Assembly: GCA_963729715.1 (NCBI GenBank)
Contig: CAVSPA010000004.1
Coordinates: 544,001-608,000, forward strand
Length of the DNA stretch: 64,000 nucleotides
Origin: an uncultured delta proteobacterium
Lineage (GTDB): Bacteria > Desulfobacterota > Syntrophia > Syntrophales > UBA2185
Reading direction: 5' to 3'
Every line of letters begins with the position of its first letter. Position 1 is the stretch's first letter. A model generated the notes under the pieces. That model was not told the origin of the DNA. It saw only the letters and a list, made by a program, of their open reading frames with translations, and ran no database searches. Below are positions 59,866 through 64,000 of the stretch, piece by piece. Made by a program: the position numbers and the translations under genes.

Positions 59866-60490
59866 TATACCTCCGGCAAAGCCGGAGGCTTGAATGTATG
59901 AACCGCTCAAAGCGGATTTAATTTACTGAACCACCTGAAGGTGGTTACTCCTCAAACATGTTGAGCTGATCGAGACGCCGGTCTTCTTGCTCTTGTTTTC
60001 TGATGTATTCTCGAATGGTGGCTTCATCTCTGCCAACGGTGGAAACTTCATAACCTCTGGCCCAAAAGTGCTGACCGGTGAAATTCTTGCGATGACCCAT
60101 AAAGTTTCTCGCAATATGTATCGCGCTCTTGCCTTTGATGAAACCAACCACTTGCGCTACCGCATGCTTCGGCGGAATGGAGATCAACATATGCACATGA
60201 TCAACTCGAAGATGACCCTCGATAACCTGACTCTCTTTCTGAATCGCGAGGTCCCTGAATGTTGACCCCAAATATCTCCGCAGTTGCTCGTAAATCGCTT
60301 TCCTCCGACACTTCGGTATCCATACCACATGGTACTTGCATTCCCATGACGTATGGCTTAAACTCTGCCTGTCGTTCAACTGAAACCTCCTTCCCCGTAA
60401 ACTTCGAACGGTTCACGGATAGGAGGTTTCCTTTATATTCCCGGAATTGTCAAACTCTGGGAGTCCTCCGGCAGAGCCGGTGGTTTACCC
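59866..60490 (-). mobile_element. IS200-type element, tnpA only (exact ends approximate)
   Basis: Subterminal hairpins CCTCCGGC-AAA-GCCGGAGG (59870-59888) and CCTCCGGC-AGA-GCCGGTGG (60465-60483) flank a Y1 transposase. Confidence 0.9.
59945..60379 (-). CDS. tnpA: IS200/IS605 Y1 HUH transposase
   Basis: CKYHVVWIPK, DHVHML (HUH), KGKSA, FWARGY, catalytic YI..Q. Confidence 0.95.
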   Translation of the reverse strand: MNDRQSLSHTSWECKYHVVWIPKCRRKAIYEQLRRYLGSTFRDLAIQKESQVIEGHLRVDHVHMLISIPPKHAVAQVVGFIKGKSAIHIARNFMGHRKNFTGQHFWARGYEVSTVGRDEATIREYIRKQEQEDRRLDQLNMFEE

Positions 60491-60669
60491 AGGATTAATT
60501 AGATATTCAGATAATGTTAGGCCGTTTTCTCGCTGGCCGAGACATCGTCTCCCCCGCGATCCAGGTGTCATTTCCGTCTTTTCGATAATATTGTCTGGTT
60601 GTGCGATATCCGCTTCTATGCTAAAAAATCTCGACGATAATCGGGATAGTTTCTTTTAGGGGGTAACTC

Positions 60670-62151
60670 ATGAACAAGCTGACCGTTGTGACGCCGTTCA
60701 GTTTGCAGTCTGACTTTGAAAAAACGCTCCGCATCTTCATTCAATCACCTCTGATCGAGGAAGTGATTGTCCTCCATGAGGGAGGCTTCAAACCAACATC
60801 TCCGAAGTGTCAAGTCATGAGAACCGCATCGCTGAATTCCGGCAAGGCATTGAACGAACTCATAGAAAGAATCAGGACAGATTCTCTTCTTATAATTGCA
60901 AAACCTGAAGCTATTGAGATTCCACCCGCCACGCTCGAACGGTTTATCGACATAGCGGAATCCACGGATCCAGGCATGGTCTACTCCGACTACCTGGAAA
61001 AAGAAGAGGGCGGCCTCGTTGAGCATCCCGTCAATGACTATCAACTCGGAAGCATCCGTGACGAATTTGATTTCGGATACGTGATCCTATTCTCTATCCC
61101 AGCAATCAGACGGGCATTAAGAAAGTACGGCCCCATACCCGCCGTCATTCATGCCGGATTGTATGACTTACGGCTGAAGGTTTCCGTCGACCACAGTCTT
61201 TTCCACATTCAGGAGTTTCTCTACACGAGGAAAGAATCAGAAGCGAATACAGATAAAGTAAGATCACGGGGTGAGGGTCAGTTCAATTATGTTGCTCCCT
61301 GGAGCCAGGCGGTACAAAAAGAAATGGAACTAGTTGCCACAGAGCACTTAAAAAATATCCGCGCCTTCCTTAAACCGCGTTTTAAAAATATACCTCGATC
61401 TCAGTATGCGTTTCCTGTTGAGGCAAGTGTCATCATACCCGTGCGGAACCGTGTGCGCACAATCGCGGACGCGGTGCATAGCGCCTTGACGCAGGAGACC
61501 GACTTTCCGTACAATGTGATTGTTGTGGACAATCATTCCACTGACGGAACGACTCCAATCCTGTCTGAGCTTGCCGGCAGCAATCCGGCTCTGAAACATA
61601 TTACTCCTTCAAGATTTGACCTCACTATCGGCGGGTGCTGGAACGAAGCCGTCTTTTCCGACCTCTGCGGCCGCCACGCCGTTCAATTGGACTCAGACGA
61701 TCTTTATGAGAGCCCCGGGACATTGCAGAAGCTCATCGACGTGATGAGAAGCGGAGACTTTGCCATGGTCATCGGCTCTTACACACTCGTCGATGAATCT
61801 CTGCAAGAGATTCCGCCCGGTATAATAGACCACAGGGAATGGACGGATGAGAACGGATACAACAATGCATTACGCGTTAACGGACTGGGGGCGCCGCGCG
61901 CCTTTGATACGGCGCTTCTACGGACAATCGGCTTCCTCAACGTGGGCTATGGAGAAGACTATGCAATGGCCCTCAGATTATCAAGAGAGTATCGCATAGG
62001 CAGGATTTATGAGAGCCTCTATCTGTGCCGGCGGTGGGCGGGCAATACGGATGCCCGCGTCCCCATAGAGAAGCGTAATCGCCATGATGCGTTCAAAGAT
62101 AAGATTCGAACCGTTGAAATCATGGCGCGCCGAAAACTGCAGCCGAAATGA
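60670..62151 (+). CDS. Two-domain family 2 glycosyltransferase
   Basis: N-terminal domain DYQLGSIRDEFDFG; GT-A domain SVIIPVRNR, VDNHSTDGT, QLDSDD, YGEDY. Confidence 0.88.
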   Translation: MNKLTVVTPFSLQSDFEKTLRIFIQSPLIEEVIVLHEGGFKPTSPKCQVMRTASLNSGKALNELIERIRTDSLLIIAKPEAIEIPPATLERFIDIAESTDPGMVYSDYLEKEEGGLVEHPVNDYQLGSIRDEFDFGYVILFSIPAIRRALRKYGPIPAVIHAGLYDLRLKVSVDHSLFHIQEFLYTRKESEANTDKVRSRGEGQFNYVAPWSQAVQKEMELVATEHLKNIRAFLKPRFKNIPRSQYAFPVEASVIIPVRNRVRTIADAVHSALTQETDFPYNVIVVDNHSTDGTTPILSELAGSNPALKHITPSRFDLTIGGCWNEAVFSDLCGRHAVQLDSDDLYESPGTLQKLIDVMRSGDFAMVIGSYTLVDESLQEIPPGIIDHREWTDENGYNNALRVNGLGAPRAFDTALLRTIGFLNVGYGEDYAMALRLSREYRIGRIYESLYLCRRWAGNTDARVPIEKRNRHDAFKDKIRTVEIMARRKLQPK

Positions 62152-62161
62152 GAGACCACAT

Positions 62162-63160
62162 ATGGACGCGCTCTTGCAAGAAGGAATATTCACCATATTT
62201 GACGGGAAAACGCCCGGGCCATCTCTGTCGGCGCAATGCTGCGATCTTCTCGAAAAGCAAAAGGCCTCATGGCCCGATCTTTCCCTCGGATATGCGGCCC
62301 TGGGGAGTGTGCGGGTAAAGGAGCTCCGCTGCAACGGCTTCTCTGTGAGGCTGCATCATAATCCCGGAAGGATCAAGAGCACTACCGCCAAGGTTGACCA
62401 AAAATCCATCGAAAAGAGGCCTTGCTTTCTCTGTCTTAAAAATCTCCCCGAGCCCCAACGCGGCATCTTATACAGGGGGGATTTCATTGTCCTCTGCAAT
62501 CCGTTTCCTATCTGTCCGGAGCACTATACGATTGCGCATATTATTCATGGTCCCCAGTTGTTTAAAGGGATGGTTTCAACATTTCTCAAGATGGCGAAGG
62601 ACTTCAGCCCCGATTTCAATGTGTTCTATAACGGCCCGGAAAGCGGTGCTTCCGCGCCGGACCACCTGCACTTTCAAGCGATTAATCGAGGAGTACTGCC
62701 AATCGAGAAAGAAATCAAAGACAAGGCAAGGCTGGTATTGGTCAAACGCATCCACGCCACATCTCTTTTCACGGCGAAAAATCTGGGAAGAGAGGTAATT
62801 ATTCTGGAAGGAAGGGATTCCACCGCTATCGGTGACGCCTTGACAGAAATTATCTCGGGCATGAAACGCGTCCTCGCGTCACCGGCAGAACCGCGGATGA
62901 ATCTGCTTTGCTCTTATAACGGAAATAAATGGCAGGTCGTAATTTTTCCGCGGCAAAGGCGTCGCCCCTCCGTCTATTTCCTGCCCGGCGACGAGAAGAT
63001 TTTAATCTCACCGGGGCTGGTGGAGATGGGAGGTATCATAATAACACCTATAGGAAAAGATTTTGACAGAGTCAATGAAGATTTGGTCAGGGAAATTTAC
63101 ACGGAAGTCTCAGTTGACGAAGAAACCTTGCAAAAAATATTGGCAGCTCTATCTTTCTGA
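62162..63160 (+). CDS. DUF4922 family protein (HIT/GalT-like HxHxQ nucleotidyl phosphorylase fold)
   Basis: NPGRIKS, RPCFLC..N, LCNPFPI, FYNGPESGASAPDHLHFQ, SPGLVEMGG. Confidence 0.85.
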   Translation: MDALLQEGIFTIFDGKTPGPSLSAQCCDLLEKQKASWPDLSLGYAALGSVRVKELRCNGFSVRLHHNPGRIKSTTAKVDQKSIEKRPCFLCLKNLPEPQRGILYRGDFIVLCNPFPICPEHYTIAHIIHGPQLFKGMVSTFLKMAKDFSPDFNVFYNGPESGASAPDHLHFQAINRGVLPIEKEIKDKARLVLVKRIHATSLFTAKNLGREVIILEGRDSTAIGDALTEIISGMKRVLASPAEPRMNLLCSYNGNKWQVVIFPRQRRRPSVYFLPGDEKILISPGLVEMGGIIITPIGKDFDRVNEDLVREIYTEVSVDEETLQKILAALSF

Positions 63161-63165
63161 CGCTT

Positions 63166-63717
63166 ATGAAAATGATAGCCATTATCGACAGCAGGATGAC
63201 ATTTGAGGAGGCCACCGCCGGGACAGACGCGCCCAGGGAGATAATTGACAAATTATGCCTCGTCGACGTGCGCTACCGGGCATTTGACGGCCAGCTGCAC
63301 CAGGGACAACTCGTGATTCACCAGGAGGTAAAGACGGACGTCGTGGAAATTTTTAAGCTCATGGAGCGAACGGGATTCCCTGTTTTCCAAGTTGTGCCGA
63401 TCGTGAAGTACGACTGGTCTGATGACCTGTCTATGGCAGACAATAATACGTCCGCCTTCAACTACCGCGTTGTTCAGGGCACCGACAGGCTATCAAACCA
63501 TGCATTCGGAAAGGCCGTGGATATTAACCCTTATTTCAATCCTGTCATAGATGAGGACGGCCGGTTTGATCCTCCGGGCGCCGCCTATCTTCCAGGGATT
63601 GCAGGGACGCTTGACGACTCACATCCCGTGGTGAGAGAATTCCTGAAGCGGGGATGGCGCTGGGGCGGACATTTCAGACCTAAGAAGGACTACCATCATT
63701 TTGACAAATCGGGATAA
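63166..63717 (+). CDS. M15-family zinc metallopeptidase, no signal peptide
   Basis: SAFNYR, LSNHAFGKAVDINP, WGG, DYHHF. Confidence 0.88.
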   Translation: MKMIAIIDSRMTFEEATAGTDAPREIIDKLCLVDVRYRAFDGQLHQGQLVIHQEVKTDVVEIFKLMERTGFPVFQVVPIVKYDWSDDLSMADNNTSAFNYRVVQGTDRLSNHAFGKAVDINPYFNPVIDEDGRFDPPGAAYLPGIAGTLDDSHPVVREFLKRGWRWGGHFRPKKDYHHFDKSG

Positions 63718-64000
63718 CGCGTCCGACCATAATTCCCGTCATCATCTTCCGTTTCGAAAGGTACTGATACAGGGTGACATCGGAAATAACCACCTTCTGT
63801 TCGACTTCCGATGCATGCAGGAGATGAATCGCGTTTCTTAAACGGAGCGCGAGACCGACGTGTACGACATCCAGTCCCTCAATGCCTGTGGTAAGTGCAA
63901 TCAAATCCCCGCTCTGAACCGTGTGCCGAGACTTTCCTAATGCAGCCTTCGGGATACGATGCAGCAATCGTCTGGACAGGCGCCTTTCAATCGCAACCAT
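63680..64000 (-). CDS. DUF1460 (NlpC/P60-like N-acetylmuramoyl-L-alanine amidase), C-terminal part; 5' end outside the window
   Basis: GDLIALTTGIEGLDVVHVG, LLHAS, L..YL...TGIMV.R. Confidence 0.8.
   Translation of the reverse strand: MVAIERRLSRRLLHRIPKAALGKSRHTVQSGDLIALTTGIEGLDVVHVGLALRLRNAIHLLHASEVEQKVVISDVTLYQYLSKRKMMTGIMVGRVIPICQNDGSPS

Noticed and set aside
1..64000. Genome-wide TAG recoding
   Set aside because: TAG ends prs, rplY and ihfB at their expected lengths, so it is a normal stop codon.

Overview
This 64 kb window looks like chromosome from an anaerobic deltaproteobacterium (Desulfobacterota, possibly Syntrophales-like). That assignment is inferred from gene content and protein style, not from a search. 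Housekeeping blocks are ispE-tRNA-Gln-prs-rplY-pth-ychF, nadK-recN-GNAT-mltA, hup, trpS-scpAB-rluB, ihfB and clpS-clpA-aat. Accessory content includes a TetR/RND efflux operon, a Zn/Mn ABC importer, sodB, a frameshifted radC, a CHASE2 Ser/Thr kinase-PP2C-FHA operon, a PAS hybrid kinase, a complete ISL3 element and an IS200 element. Three observations stand out. (1) A K+ channel / cNMP-binding protein / GAF-GAF sigma54 activator cluster is followed by a complete sigma54 promoter architecture (two palindromic UAS, IHF site, -24/-12) aimed at an unannotated transcript. That transcript holds an amber-interrupted acidic small ORF and a hairpin with an anti-Shine-Dalgarno loop. (2) A Bacteroidota-style cell-wall recycling gene set (SpoIID-like, MurU, AmgK, GT2, HIT-like DUF4922, M15 peptidase, DUF1460) includes a GT2/DUF4922 pair with no function I can assign. 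(3) Two families of small palindromic non-autonomous repeats occur in intergenic DNA. All calls come from reading motifs by eye; no database searches were run.
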